From an uncultured virus (IMG/VR IMGVR_UViG_3300031182_000003) (Duplodnaviria > Heunggongvirae > Uroviricota > Caudoviricetes): a DNA stretch of 59,124 nt. The stretch is from IMG/VR virus record IMGVR_UViG_3300031182_000003; one strand, written 5' to 3'. Of this stretch, positions 1 through 8,889 are shown piece after piece. Numbering within the stretch: position 1 is the stretch's first letter; each line of letters starts with the position of its first letter. Below the pieces are notes generated by a model, which ran no database searches, had not been told where the DNA came from, and saw only the letters and a list, made by a program, of their open reading frames with translations. Both the position numbers and the translations under genes were made by a program.

Positions 1-1
1 G

Positions 2-823
2 AAAAGCGAGAAGATGCTCGCTTATCTGGACAGCCGTGGCATTCATCGGGACGCCATTAAGAAATGGCGGATTGGGCTCGTGCCAAAAGGATACCGTCAT
101 CCCTATTTTGGCACGCTGTTGGAAGGCCGCCTTGTCTTTGGAATTACGGAGCCCTGCTGGAATCCGAAAAAGGCCAAGACGATTGCGATGGCATATCGTG
201 ACATGAATTATGAGAAAGGCTCCAAGGATCATTCGGCCAAGTACATCAACGATAAAGAGTCGGAGATCTACAAGAAGGGTCAGATTCTCTACGGATTGAA
301 CGAAGCACGCAAGGCGATCCGAGAAGCCGGTTACGCACTCGTTGTTGAGGGTTATACCGATGTCATTATTGCACATCAATGCGGTATCGAGAACACCATC
401 GCAACGTGCGGTACGTCGTTTACCGATGAACAGATGGACATTCTGGAGAAGCTCACGAAGAACATCTACTTCTGGTACGACGGTGACGAAGCGGGCCGGG
501 AGGCGATGGAGCGCACTATTGGCCGCCTGCTTGCTCGCGGCTTCAAGGTGTACGTCATTATCTCCACGCCGCGTGATCCGGCAGAGCAGATGAATTATAT
601 GGGCCAAAAGGGTAAAGCGATTCGGCGATACATCGCCGACAAAGCCATCCCGGCCCGGATGTTTCTGGCTTCGTCGATCTTTGAGGAGTACGACAAGAAA
701 CTGCAACGCCTCAAAGCCGACATGCTCGACGAATTGATGCCGATTTACCGGCTCATTACCGATGACACTGAAAAGGTGTTGTTCAAATCCATGATCCAAG
801 AACGATTGGGCGTTCAAATCTAA
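2..823 (+). CDS. dnaG: DnaG-type DNA primase, 5'-partial (TOPRIM domain)
   Basis: AKYIN, LYGL, VVEGYTDV, ATCGTSFT and YDGDEAG motifs; frame is open to the window edge. Confidence 0.93.
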   Translation, partial: KSEKMLAYLDSRGIHRDAIKKWRIGLVPKGYRHPYFGTLLEGRLVFGITEPCWNPKKAKTIAMAYRDMNYEKGSKDHSAKYINDKESEIYKKGQILYGLNEARKAIREAGYALVVEGYTDVIIAHQCGIENTIATCGTSFTDEQMDILEKLTKNIYFWYDGDEAGREAMERTIGRLLARGFKVYVIISTPRDPAEQMNYMGQKGKAIRRYIADKAIPARMFLASSIFEEYDKKLQRLKADMLDELMPIYRLITDDTEKVLFKSMIQERLGVQI

Positions 824-843
824 AACGAGGAGGACAATAACAT

Positions 844-1386
844 ATGGCGACGACGGTAACGAAGAAGTTGGCGAAGACGGCGATTGAGCAAACCGCTTCG
901 GCGGCGACCATGCATTCTCAGCGCAAAATCAAGTCTGTACAGGTTACGTCCGCTGTGGTGAAGGCGTACAGCCCGGAACACGCAAAGCGCGTCGCGGCGG
1001 CCCTGTACGGCGTTGCTTATGAGGCGGTACAGAGCGTGGTTCCGTTGCGCCCGAAGAAAGTGTCGGCACCAAGCAAGTGCCAGTCGGCAGATTTCCCGCA
1101 ACAGGGCGCTCGGAAGTGGGAAACGGAATACCAGATCTATACTTACGCACAGCGCGTGCCGATCGGCCTCAACAAATGGTCGTACATCGGGCTGGAGTTT
1201 GTCAAAGGCGGCTTTGCGAGCAAAACGGAAGCCGTCAAGGAGATGAAGGCGTTGACACTCAAGCATTGTGTACCGATGATGGTGCAAATCCACAAGACGC
1301 TGAAGAAGGACAGCAACGTCACGGCCATTGCCGAACCGCAAATGAAGATGCAGGATTATCAGGTGGAATTTGTGGACGGCGTATAA
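844..1386 (+). CDS. Hypothetical basic phage protein (180 aa)
   Basis: GAGGAGG RBS before ATG 844; fills the operon. Confidence 0.8.
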   Translation: MATTVTKKLAKTAIEQTASAATMHSQRKIKSVQVTSAVVKAYSPEHAKRVAAALYGVAYEAVQSVVPLRPKKVSAPSKCQSADFPQQGARKWETEYQIYTYAQRVPIGLNKWSYIGLEFVKGGFASKTEAVKEMKALTLKHCVPMMVQIHKTLKKDSNVTAIAEPQMKMQDYQVEFVDGV

Positions 1387-1410
1387 TCTGCATTACATCC
1401 GCCCATACTA
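1381..1410 (+). promoter_or_regulatory. Putative sigmaG (late forespore) promoter
   Basis: GTATA-N18-CATACTA matches the B. subtilis sigmaG consensus GyATA-N17/18-CATAnTA; lies in the gap before the 1440 gene. Confidence 0.6.
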
Positions 1411-1439
1411 GGTGTAACGACCAAGTAAGGGGCGGTGTG

Positions 1440-1886
1440 ATGACAGGGAGAACGCATTTTGTGTCCGGCTTTATTCTTGGGGCCGCCGTTTGTGCGAAAT
1501 ACGACCTCGCGGCTCCGTATATGGCGTCCTGTGTTGTAGGAACGATGCTACCGGACACCGATCATTCCAAGTCCATGCTCGGTAAGTTTTTTCCGCTGTG
1601 GCTCATCTTTAAGCCGCACCGGAAGAACGTGACGCATTCTCTGATCGGCATGAGCATCGCCAGCCTCATTTGGCTGTTTATTACAGCATCATGGCTTCAC
1701 GCCGCGTTTTTTGCCGCAGGGTATATTGTTCACCTGATGCTGGATACGTTCACTGAAATGGGCGTACCGTGGCTATGGCCGAAACAGACAATGTTCTCGT
1801 TGGCAAACGCGGGATCCGGTGTGCGGGAATTGATTGTTCTTTCCGCGTTCTATACCATAGTGATAGCCACGATGTCAGTCTTGTAA
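1440..1886 (+). CDS. YdjM-like membrane-bound metal-dependent hydrolase
   Basis: MTGRTH, LPDTDH, HRxxTHS, HLMLDTFT and GVPWLWP motifs with hydrophobic segments. Confidence 0.88.
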   Translation: MTGRTHFVSGFILGAAVCAKYDLAAPYMASCVVGTMLPDTDHSKSMLGKFFPLWLIFKPHRKNVTHSLIGMSIASLIWLFITASWLHAAFFAAGYIVHLMLDTFTEMGVPWLWPKQTMFSLANAGSGVRELIVLSAFYTIVIATMSVL

Positions 1887-1897
1887 GGAGGGGTGAT

Positions 1898-2440
1898 ATG
1901 TATCGTGCCCAAAATCAGGCATGGCTGGACGAAGTAAGCGAGTCCATCGTTAAAGTAACCAAGGGATTCGAGAAACCGGATCGCAAATATGCCTATGCGT
2001 ATCTTCACAACTATGTTAAGCTGGACGACTTGCATAAGGCCGCCATCCGTAAGTTCCCCGGTAAGACCATCGAATTTGGCTTTGGTTCCATGAAACCGAT
2101 TGTAGCGGTTGTGACGAAAGATCCGATTACCAAAGACCAAAAAGAGAAGCTCAAACTGGCGTGGAAGAAGCTCGGAATCCCGGAGGATGAAGTTTATTAC
2201 GCGCATCTGCGCTTCGTCAAAACGAAGAAAAAGCAGGAGGCGCGGCAAGAAATTTTGAACAAATTGATCGGGATCCTGAAGCCTCAAATGCTGATCGCCT
2301 TCGATGGCGTAAAGGTCGATTATGAAGGCGACGCTTATCAGACCGATGACCCGATCAGTATCGTCACGAGCCCCGAGGCTACGGAGGAACGCAAACAGAT
2401 GATGCGAGCCCTCAAGAATTTCTCGGATAGCTCAGATTGA
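1898..2440 (+). CDS. Degenerate uracil-DNA-glycosylase (family 4)-like protein
   Basis: AAGGAGGGG RBS; FGFG..KPIVAVV, KLGIPEDEVYYAHL and ILKPQMLIAFDG follow the UDG-4 spacing, but GEAPG and the Fe-S cysteines are missing. Confidence 0.45.
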   Translation: MYRAQNQAWLDEVSESIVKVTKGFEKPDRKYAYAYLHNYVKLDDLHKAAIRKFPGKTIEFGFGSMKPIVAVVTKDPITKDQKEKLKLAWKKLGIPEDEVYYAHLRFVKTKKKQEARQEILNKLIGILKPQMLIAFDGVKVDYEGDAYQTDDPISIVTSPEATEERKQMMRALKNFSDSSD

Positions 2441-2465
2441 TGCCTACCCCAACATTTGCTATACT
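2437..2465 (+). promoter_or_regulatory. sigmaA-type promoter with extended -10
   Basis: TTGATG-N17-TATACT with TG one base upstream of the -10; precedes the HTH gene. Confidence 0.6.
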
Positions 2466-2509
2466 GGTTTTGCATCCCTCAACATCTAGTATGAAAGAAG
2501 GCTGTGAGG

Positions 2510-2899
2510 ATGCGAAAAACACAAAATAAGCGGACGCTTCAGGATATCCTTCATTACATCAAAGTCGCCCAACGCGACGGCATATTGAAGGAATCCATGA
2601 TGAGTATCGCCAGACATACTGGCTACTCGAATGCCACCGTACATCGTGCATTGCAGACTTTGGATGAGCAAGGACACATCCGCATTATTCCGCCGGAGAA
2701 TCCGAGAGAACCGACCACGATAGAATATATCGGGCCGGGTACGGATGAAGTTGCCGATCTCCTCCAAAGAGCCACATATGCAATGGATGAATTGAGCAAG
2801 GCGACCAAGAATATTGAAGAAGTCATGGTGGATTTGCGACAAACGATTATGTTGCTCGGCCATGATTATTCATATCAGGACTCGATGGGTTTACGCTAA
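2510..2899 (+). CDS. Winged helix-turn-helix DNA-binding protein with C-terminal coiled coil
   Basis: SMMSIARHTGYSNATVHRALQTLDEQGHI HTH pattern. Confidence 0.8.
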   Translation: MRKTQNKRTLQDILHYIKVAQRDGILKESMMSIARHTGYSNATVHRALQTLDEQGHIRIIPPENPREPTTIEYIGPGTDEVADLLQRATYAMDELSKATKNIEEVMVDLRQTIMLLGHDYSYQDSMGLR

Positions 2900-2963
2900 A
2901 AACGTAGACCCATTTTACGCCTTCAACTCAATTCTGACATTCTCCGGTGAAAGGAGGGATAGT

Positions 2964-3497
2964 ATGGAAGGCCAACGGGACATCATCTGCATCGTCGGCG
3001 AAAGCGGAAGTGGCAAAACCACATTGGTTGAACTGCTGGAGAAATGGGGCATCCGATCCATTGCCAGCTACACTACCCGCAAGCCGCGCTATCCCGGAGA
3101 AAAGCATCACACCTTCGTTGATAAGAAGGGTTTTGATGCAATTCGCAAAGATCTGGTCGCTTACACCAAGTTCGACAAGCATGAATACGGCGCGACCCGA
3201 CAACAAATTGCGGAGAACCATCTCTATGTCATCGACCCGTACGGTGTAGAAGTGCTGTCCGAAAACCTTGGACGTGACCGCATTTACGTCATCTATCTCA
3301 GCGTCTCCGAGGAGGAGCGCCTGCGCCGGATGACCGCAGAACGCGGAGAGAAAGCGGCGCAGGAGCGAATCACCCACGACCGCAAGAAGTTCGTCGGGTT
3401 TACCGACTTCGACGAGAAGTGGGAAAACGAGAACGAATATGACCGAGCGCGGAATCTGACAAGGCTGTACGCTCTCTGCAAGGAATTAAAGAAGTAA
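2964..3497 (+). CDS. Guanylate-kinase-like (d)NMP kinase
   Basis: GESGSGKTT P-loop, SYTTRKPRYPGE, YG and VIDPYG motifs; AAGGAGG RBS. Confidence 0.88.
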   Translation: MEGQRDIICIVGESGSGKTTLVELLEKWGIRSIASYTTRKPRYPGEKHHTFVDKKGFDAIRKDLVAYTKFDKHEYGATRQQIAENHLYVIDPYGVEVLSENLGRDRIYVIYLSVSEEERLRRMTAERGEKAAQERITHDRKKFVGFTDFDEKWENENEYDRARNLTRLYALCKELKK

Positions 3498-3501
3498 GAA
3501 G

Positions 3502-4029
3502 GTGAGCGGAATGCCCAAAGATGAGGCAAACCAAATGGAGAAACCCGACATCCGAAAAGCAAATGACGGCAAAGAATGGCGCTTGATCGAAAAATACTAT
3601 CAGAAAAAAGTCAAAGCCATCCGTGTGCCGCACGACCTCTCGCCGCGCGGGATCTTGCGAATCAACGCAAAGATCGACCGCGTTTATTCTGAAGCTCGCT
3701 TTGATGCGGCCTTCGCCCGGGAGCGGTATGAGTTCTTCAAGGAGAAGTACATGCTGGCAAAGAAACAGGCCAACTTGCACTTCAAACAAGTGAAGGGCAT
3801 TACCGCTGAAGACCGGGAAGCCCTCGTATTAACGCATCTGGAAACCACTCCTCTGCCGGGGTTCAATGAACCCATCTTGACTCTCGTGGAACGCTGGCGG
3901 AAACGCAAGATCTTCATGGATGCAGTAATCGACACGCTGTTGCAGAAGTCAGGCATGATGATTAACGGTAACGGTGCGCTCAAACTCGACGCACAAGGCC
4001 GTGGGGATGTTGAGGGCGACGATGAGTAA
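3502..4029 (+). CDS. Hypothetical helical protein, possibly a UvsY-like recombination mediator
   Basis: Coupled ORF, predicted all-helical with KGITAEDREALV; next to a resolvase; family call is weak. Confidence 0.6.
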   Translation: MSGMPKDEANQMEKPDIRKANDGKEWRLIEKYYQKKVKAIRVPHDLSPRGILRINAKIDRVYSEARFDAAFARERYEFFKEKYMLAKKQANLHFKQVKGITAEDREALVLTHLETTPLPGFNEPILTLVERWRKRKIFMDAVIDTLLQKSGMMINGNGALKLDAQGRGDVEGDDE

Positions 4030-4660
4030 TGTTTGGGATTGCGAATATTATCAGCGTTGCCAGAACAACAATAAGTGCTTGATGTGCGGCCCGAATCAAC
4101 GATTGCTGAAACTACCTGAAGACAAAGGCCGGATGAAACACCGAGCCAAAGCCGTCCAGAACGCCATCACGCCCGTTACGGACAACACCGGGCAAACCCT
4201 TGAAGAATACGTGAAGGACAATTTGAACAACGTGCCCACCATCCGGGAATATTGGGCACGGCGACAGGCTGGCTCGGGCAACATCTGGTTTATGCCAGGC
4301 GACGTTGCAGATACAGTTCTGCTATGCGAATGCAAAGAGCGGCTTCAGTTCAGCAGTAAAGGTGAGAAGCAGATTACGATCACCAAAACGATGCTGGACA
4401 AAATCGAAGCCGAAGCTTCGTCATACTCCAAAGGACTTTATCCGGCACTTCCATTTCGGATCAAGGGCGATGATAAGACGTACATCATCAACCGTTTTGA
4501 AGTTCTTTGCGAGATGGTTCATGAAATCAAGATACTTCGGCATGAGAACTCGGTGGTTTCAGGCGAGCGAGACATGTGGAAAGCGACGGCGGAGGAGTTG
4601 TTCCGAAAGATAGAACAGCTTGAAAAACAACTTGAACAGGAGGGAAGGGAATGGGAGTGA
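4022..4660 (+). CDS. Hjc-type (PD-(D/E)xK) Holliday junction resolvase-like protein with N-terminal Cys cluster
   Basis: ARRQAGSG...GDV...CECK motif; N-terminal C-x5-C-x5-C-x2-C. Confidence 0.7.
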   Translation: MSNVWDCEYYQRCQNNNKCLMCGPNQRLLKLPEDKGRMKHRAKAVQNAITPVTDNTGQTLEEYVKDNLNNVPTIREYWARRQAGSGNIWFMPGDVADTVLLCECKERLQFSSKGEKQITITKTMLDKIEAEASSYSKGLYPALPFRIKGDDKTYIINRFEVLCEMVHEIKILRHENSVVSGERDMWKATAEELFRKIEQLEKQLEQEGREWE

Positions 4661-4878
4661 GCCGTGAAATCGCCGATATACTAGGGGAAGATTTCATTCG
4701 TTGTTCTCATTGCGGTCATCCCGAATTTATCGAGCGGACAGTGGTTACGGTCAGCATCAAGGCGAAGCCGAGAGATATGCACGACCCGGCAGAAGCCTCC
4801 GCCCCTCTCCCTACAATCGAACGGCGCATCGAGTATATATGCGCCGACCGCCATTGTGGCAAGCAATTGAACATGTAA
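4651..4878 (+). CDS. Small zinc-ribbon protein
   Basis: CSHC...CADRHC; overlaps the upstream stop. Confidence 0.7.
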   Translation: MGVSREIADILGEDFIRCSHCGHPEFIERTVVTVSIKAKPRDMHDPAEASAPLPTIERRIEYICADRHCGKQLNM

Positions 4879-4892
4879 GGAGACGTGACCAC

Positions 4893-7325
4893 ATGACTTC
4901 CGCATTCAGCCTTGAGAAACCACCTGTTCCGGCGCAACCGCTGGACATTAAAGATAAAATCCGTCTGGATCGTTACGCGATCAAAGGCAATCGCAACGAT
5001 CTGAAAACCGGCGACTGGTGCGTCGTTCTGACGGTCGAACATCCGAAATTTCCGGTGAAGGAAATCGGTATCGTCAGAGGTTTTCTGGATGAGCGTAGCG
5101 CCGTGGGGCTGTTTGATCCCGACCAGCATGTGCTTCCCTGTGCCCTGAGTTCTGAACAGGGCGAGAACCGGTTCGTCGCGCTTGAGCTTATCTCCGGCGG
5201 CGACTTCAAGAAATGGTTCATCCAGTATATCGGCAAGGTGGACAAACTGCTGGAGTACACATGGGGACAGATCTGTCACCGCGTCGCACTCGGCGTCGCC
5301 AGCGTCGAGAAAGACGAAGCCACTCGGGAACGGGTTTACCGTGACAATTATGAGATTCTCATCAACGAGGAACTCATCCCGGCAGGCCGGGTGAATACCG
5401 GTGCCGGAACGAAGGAATACAAACAGAACATCGGCGCAACACCGGATCAACTGACGCTGTTCAACTGCTATGTTATTCCGAACGCGCATGACAGCCGCCA
5501 AGGTCTGATTGAATCGCTCGGCATTCAAGTCGAAATCCATTCGCGCGGCGGCGGTGTCGGCCAAAACTGGTCGTCTGCCCGCCCGAGAACAACCCCGGTG
5601 ATGGGTGTACGCGGTCGCTCCAGCGGCGCTGTGTCGTGGGGCGGTGGCAAGTCGTACTACACTGGTCTGATCGAGCAGGGTGGCTCACGACGCGGAGCCA
5701 CGATGGGGATGCTTTGCGACTGGCACCCGGACTTGATCGAGTTTATCACCTGCAAACTGTCGCAAAAGACACGGCGTCTGCCGGACGGAACCATCGGTTC
5801 ACCGTTCCAGTACATCAAGAACAAGTTCGAGCATAAATTTCCGGGCTCCACGATTTACGCGCACGGCGTTGAAAACGCCAACCTTTCGGTATTGGTTAGC
5901 GAAGCCTTCATGAAGGCCGTGGAGAACGACGAAATGTGGAAACTGGTATTCCCGGACGTGCGGCATCCGAATTACAACGAAGATTGGGACGGCGACCTGC
6001 CGACGTGGATCGCAAAGCACGGTGCGGAATCGCTGGTGGTGTATCATATTTACCGAGCCCGCGACATCTACGATCTGATCGTCGAATGCAACTGGATGAG
6101 CGCGGAGCCGGGTGTCGTATTCCTTGAATATTACCGGTACATGTCCAACTCGAACTATTACCGGCGTGGGCGAATTGATGCAACTAACCCATGCGGAGAA
6201 CAAGGGTTGCCCGCATGGGGTGTCTGCAACTTGTCGGCCATCAATCTTTCCAGATTTGTCAATGATGAAGTGACCGGTGACTGGAAGAAGGATGTCAAGT
6301 GGGATCGTCTCGCATACGTTATCCGTCGTGCTGTGCGATTCCTTGACAACGTCGTTGACCATACGCCGTACTTCTTCAAGGAGAACGAAATCCAGCAGAA
6401 AGGCGAACGCCGTATCGGCCTCGGCGAAATGGGCTTGGCCGAGATGCTGATCAGACTCGGGCTCCGTTATGGCTCACCGGAAGCCATCGAGTTTACCGAC
6501 CATCTGCATCGCTTTATGGCAGGCGTGGGTTATCATGCATCAGTCGATCTGGCCGCCGAAAAGGGGCCGTTCCCGTGGTTCGACGCCGAAGGATTCCTCT
6601 CCAGTGGACATATGCGGGAAAATATCCTCCCGGCCTTCCCGGAACTGGAGGAGCGTATCCGCAAGTACGGCATCCGCAATGTGACGATCTTTACGATTGC
6701 TCCGACGGGATCCACCGGCACGATGACTGGAACATCGACCGGGTGCGAACCGTACTTCATGTTCTCCTACTGGCGGAACTCGCGGCTTGGCATGAGCCAA
6801 ATTGTCGAGCCGATTGCCATTCGCTGGTTTGAACAAAACGGGATCAATCCGTACAATGAAGACGGCTCGATCAAAGACGGCATCTTCAAGATGTTGCCGG
6901 ACTATTATGTGACGGCGATGGATCTTACGCCGGAGGAACACATCCGTATGCAGGCCGCTATGCAGAAATGGATCTGCTCATCCATCGCGAAGACGATCAA
7001 CGCGCCAAACAGCCATACGTTGGATGACATCCGTGAAATGATTATGCTCGCATGGAAACTGCGGCTCAAAGGGTTCACCTATTACCGAGACGGCTCCCGG
7101 GATGAGCAGGTATTGACCAGTGACGGATCCACCAGCAATCTGACTGAAAAACCGCTCGTTGAAGGGCTTGATAAGCTTTCGTCGGAGCAACTCGCTATTG
7201 TCCAAGAATACGTGCGATCCTGTCTCGCAACGGACAAACCGGACGACAAACAAAGCGGCATGAGTACCGAAGAAGAAATGCTTGCGCTCTCGGGCTGTAT
7301 TGGTGGAAAATGTACACTGGATTGA
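4893..7325 (+). CDS. nrdJ: Class II (adenosylcobalamin-dependent) ribonucleotide reductase
   Basis: PAGR, LFNCYV, GGGVG, QGGSRRGA, AEPG, TNPCGEQ, CNL and IAPTGS motifs; C-terminal CIGGKC; no adjacent beta subunit. Confidence 0.9.
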   Translation: MTSAFSLEKPPVPAQPLDIKDKIRLDRYAIKGNRNDLKTGDWCVVLTVEHPKFPVKEIGIVRGFLDERSAVGLFDPDQHVLPCALSSEQGENRFVALELISGGDFKKWFIQYIGKVDKLLEYTWGQICHRVALGVASVEKDEATRERVYRDNYEILINEELIPAGRVNTGAGTKEYKQNIGATPDQLTLFNCYVIPNAHDSRQGLIESLGIQVEIHSRGGGVGQNWSSARPRTTPVMGVRGRSSGAVSWGGGKSYYTGLIEQGGSRRGATMGMLCDWHPDLIEFITCKLSQKTRRLPDGTIGSPFQYIKNKFEHKFPGSTIYAHGVENANLSVLVSEAFMKAVENDEMWKLVFPDVRHPNYNEDWDGDLPTWIAKHGAESLVVYHIYRARDIYDLIVECNWMSAEPGVVFLEYYRYMSNSNYYRRGRIDATNPCGEQGLPAWGVCNLSAINLSRFVNDEVTGDWKKDVKWDRLAYVIRRAVRFLDNVVDHTPYFFKENEIQQKGERRIGLGEMGLAEMLIRLGLRYGSPEAIEFTDHLHRFMAGVGYHASVDLAAEKGPFPWFDAEGFLSSGHMRENILPAFPELEERIRKYGIRNVTIFTIAPTGSTGTMTGTSTGCEPYFMFSYWRNSRLGMSQIVEPIAIRWFEQNGINPYNEDGSIKDGIFKMLPDYYVTAMDLTPEEHIRMQAAMQKWICSSIAKTINAPNSHTLDDIREMIMLAWKLRLKGFTYYRDGSRDEQVLTSDGSTSNLTEKPLVEGLDKLSSEQLAIVQEYVRSCLATDKPDDKQSGMSTEEEMLALSGCIGGKCTLD

Positions 7326-7336
7326 TAAGTGAAGGA

Positions 7337-7361
7337 GGGGTTGGACGAAAAGTCCGGCCCC
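7337..7361 (+). terminator. Stem-loop after nrdJ (weak terminator or processing site)
   Basis: GGGGTTGGAC-GAAAA-GTCCGGCCCC, followed by only a weak U-tract. Confidence 0.4.
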
Positions 7362-7392
7362 AACTTCTTACTCAAAAAGAGAGGTGTTTTCG

Positions 7393-7965
7393 GTGACACA
7401 ACATTTGACTCGTCAGCTTGCCAATTTTTATCGCGACGAGTTCAAGAAGGGGCGAATCCAGCGCGAGCCGACGCTGGACAGAACGCTGATCGGCGATAAG
7501 ATCGCCTTCACTCTTAAACAGGGCGATTTCTGGCAAGCGCTTCATATTACGCAAACTTCCATTGCGGAGCCCCATACGTTCGAGACTTATGATTTTGCGC
7601 TGGAAGATGTGGACGGAACGATACACAAACTGAGGCGCAATCTCCATTACGTCATAGAGGACGATGGGAACTTCATATCGTTCACCAACATCATCAGCGG
7701 CCCCACCAAAGTCATATTGACGCACAAACCTCCGACGCCGAAAATCAAACTCATTCTTCTGCCGTGGCGCATCGGCAACTATCAATTCAGCCGGGAGGTC
7801 ATGGAAGATCTGGTGCGCACTTGTGTAGGCGAGGTTCACGCGCTCAAACGGCATAGCGTACCGAAGGAGTTTGAGGAGTACACCTCGGCAACCGTGCTGG
7901 AGGCGACACTGACGGAAAACGGCATTGAGGCGTTGGTTGAACTTGGAATGGAGGATGTCCAATGA
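7393..7965 (+). CDS. Hypothetical protein
   Basis: GAGGTG RBS before GTG 7393 (track start 7384); ATGA overlap with the next gene. Confidence 0.75.
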   Translation: MTQHLTRQLANFYRDEFKKGRIQREPTLDRTLIGDKIAFTLKQGDFWQALHITQTSIAEPHTFETYDFALEDVDGTIHKLRRNLHYVIEDDGNFISFTNIISGPTKVILTHKPPTPKIKLILLPWRIGNYQFSREVMEDLVRTCVGEVHALKRHSVPKEFEEYTSATVLEATLTENGIEALVELGMEDVQ

Positions 7966-8321
7966 GCCATGAAATTATCGTCCGGCTTCAGGCAGACCAT
8001 GCGGATCCCAAGAAGTTCGCGCAGGGACTCCGCGCGTTCGCCGACTATCTGGACGGACAAGGCGAAGTTCCGAAGGAACTGAAGTACAAGAACGACGGTA
8101 TCGTCGGTCAGCTTGAACTGCAAGCTACGATGTCGCACATCAACGCAATCGAGCGCAAGCTCCGTGACGATCTGGCGAAGGTTGAAGCCAGACTGAACAA
8201 TCCGGCGACCCCGGAGGCAGACAAGAAGCAACTCCGATTGCTTCAGCAAGATTTGCAGGCCGCCATTGAAGGCATCGAAGCCGGGGAGGACGAAGACGAT
8301 CACACCATTAAGGCTTGGTGA
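7962..8321 (+). CDS. Hypothetical coiled-coil protein
   Basis: GGAGG RBS, ATGA overlap. Confidence 0.78.
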   Translation: MSHEIIVRLQADHADPKKFAQGLRAFADYLDGQGEVPKELKYKNDGIVGQLELQATMSHINAIERKLRDDLAKVEARLNNPATPEADKKQLRLLQQDLQAAIEGIEAGEDEDDHTIKAW

Positions 8322-8327
8322 TTTGTG

Positions 8328-8858
8328 ATGCCGATATCGTGGGATATGTATAGGCACATTAAACAGACCGGATTTTTGCCGATGGGCGGAACAGAGTTCA
8401 TCAATCTGAAGGGCAAAGCGGGCGTACAGCGATACAACTTCTCGCCGGGTTACGGCCAACGTGTACGCGGTGAAATTGTCGTGACGCTGGATGGCGTCAA
8501 GATGGTTGAGAACCATGACTACACCGTGGATTACCACGCGCAGGAGATCGTCTTCAACAAAGACGTACAATGCATTTATGGCGGCGAGGAGATCGTCATA
8601 CACCTTATCGCTGAAGACGCCAAACATCTTATGCTTCTTCAACGCAAGGTAGGTAACTTCGAGTTCAGCGATGAGCAGTTGAGCGATTTCTTACATGACT
8701 CAATCAACGGGGTTTTTGATGTCGATCAACTGGTTCGCAATTTTCCTGCATTCAACGCAGAAAAACTCTCTATGCTTGAAGGACGAAAAATCCGTGTCAA
8801 GGACGCTAAAGTCGTTCCCGAAGGCATCGTCGCTACAAAATGGGTTGTGGAAGCGTAA
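8328..8858 (+). CDS. Hypothetical protein with a virion-type small beta-sandwich module
   Basis: VTLDGVKMVENHDYTVDYHAQEIVF resembles modules in the structural genes. Confidence 0.7.
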   Translation: MPISWDMYRHIKQTGFLPMGGTEFINLKGKAGVQRYNFSPGYGQRVRGEIVVTLDGVKMVENHDYTVDYHAQEIVFNKDVQCIYGGEEIVIHLIAEDAKHLMLLQRKVGNFEFSDEQLSDFLHDSINGVFDVDQLVRNFPAFNAEKLSMLEGRKIRVKDAKVVPEGIVATKWVVEA

Positions 8859-8889
8859 ACGAAACAATCAGAAGGGAGACGAAAACCGG

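Noticed and set aside
1077..1439. Long N-terminal extensions in the ORF track (also 1769, 2814, 4701, 8695, 10310, 14115, 28211)
   Set aside because: They overlap upstream genes; better RBS-supported starts lie downstream
2890..2917. Weak hairpin after the HTH gene (and another near 13048-13080)
   Set aside because: Short, AT-rich or mismatched stems; not enough to call terminators
5750..5880. Possible intein or intron in the RNR insertion
   Set aside because: Short in-frame insert without C/S-start and HN-C/S/T splice motifs or an endonuclease; the ORF is continuous
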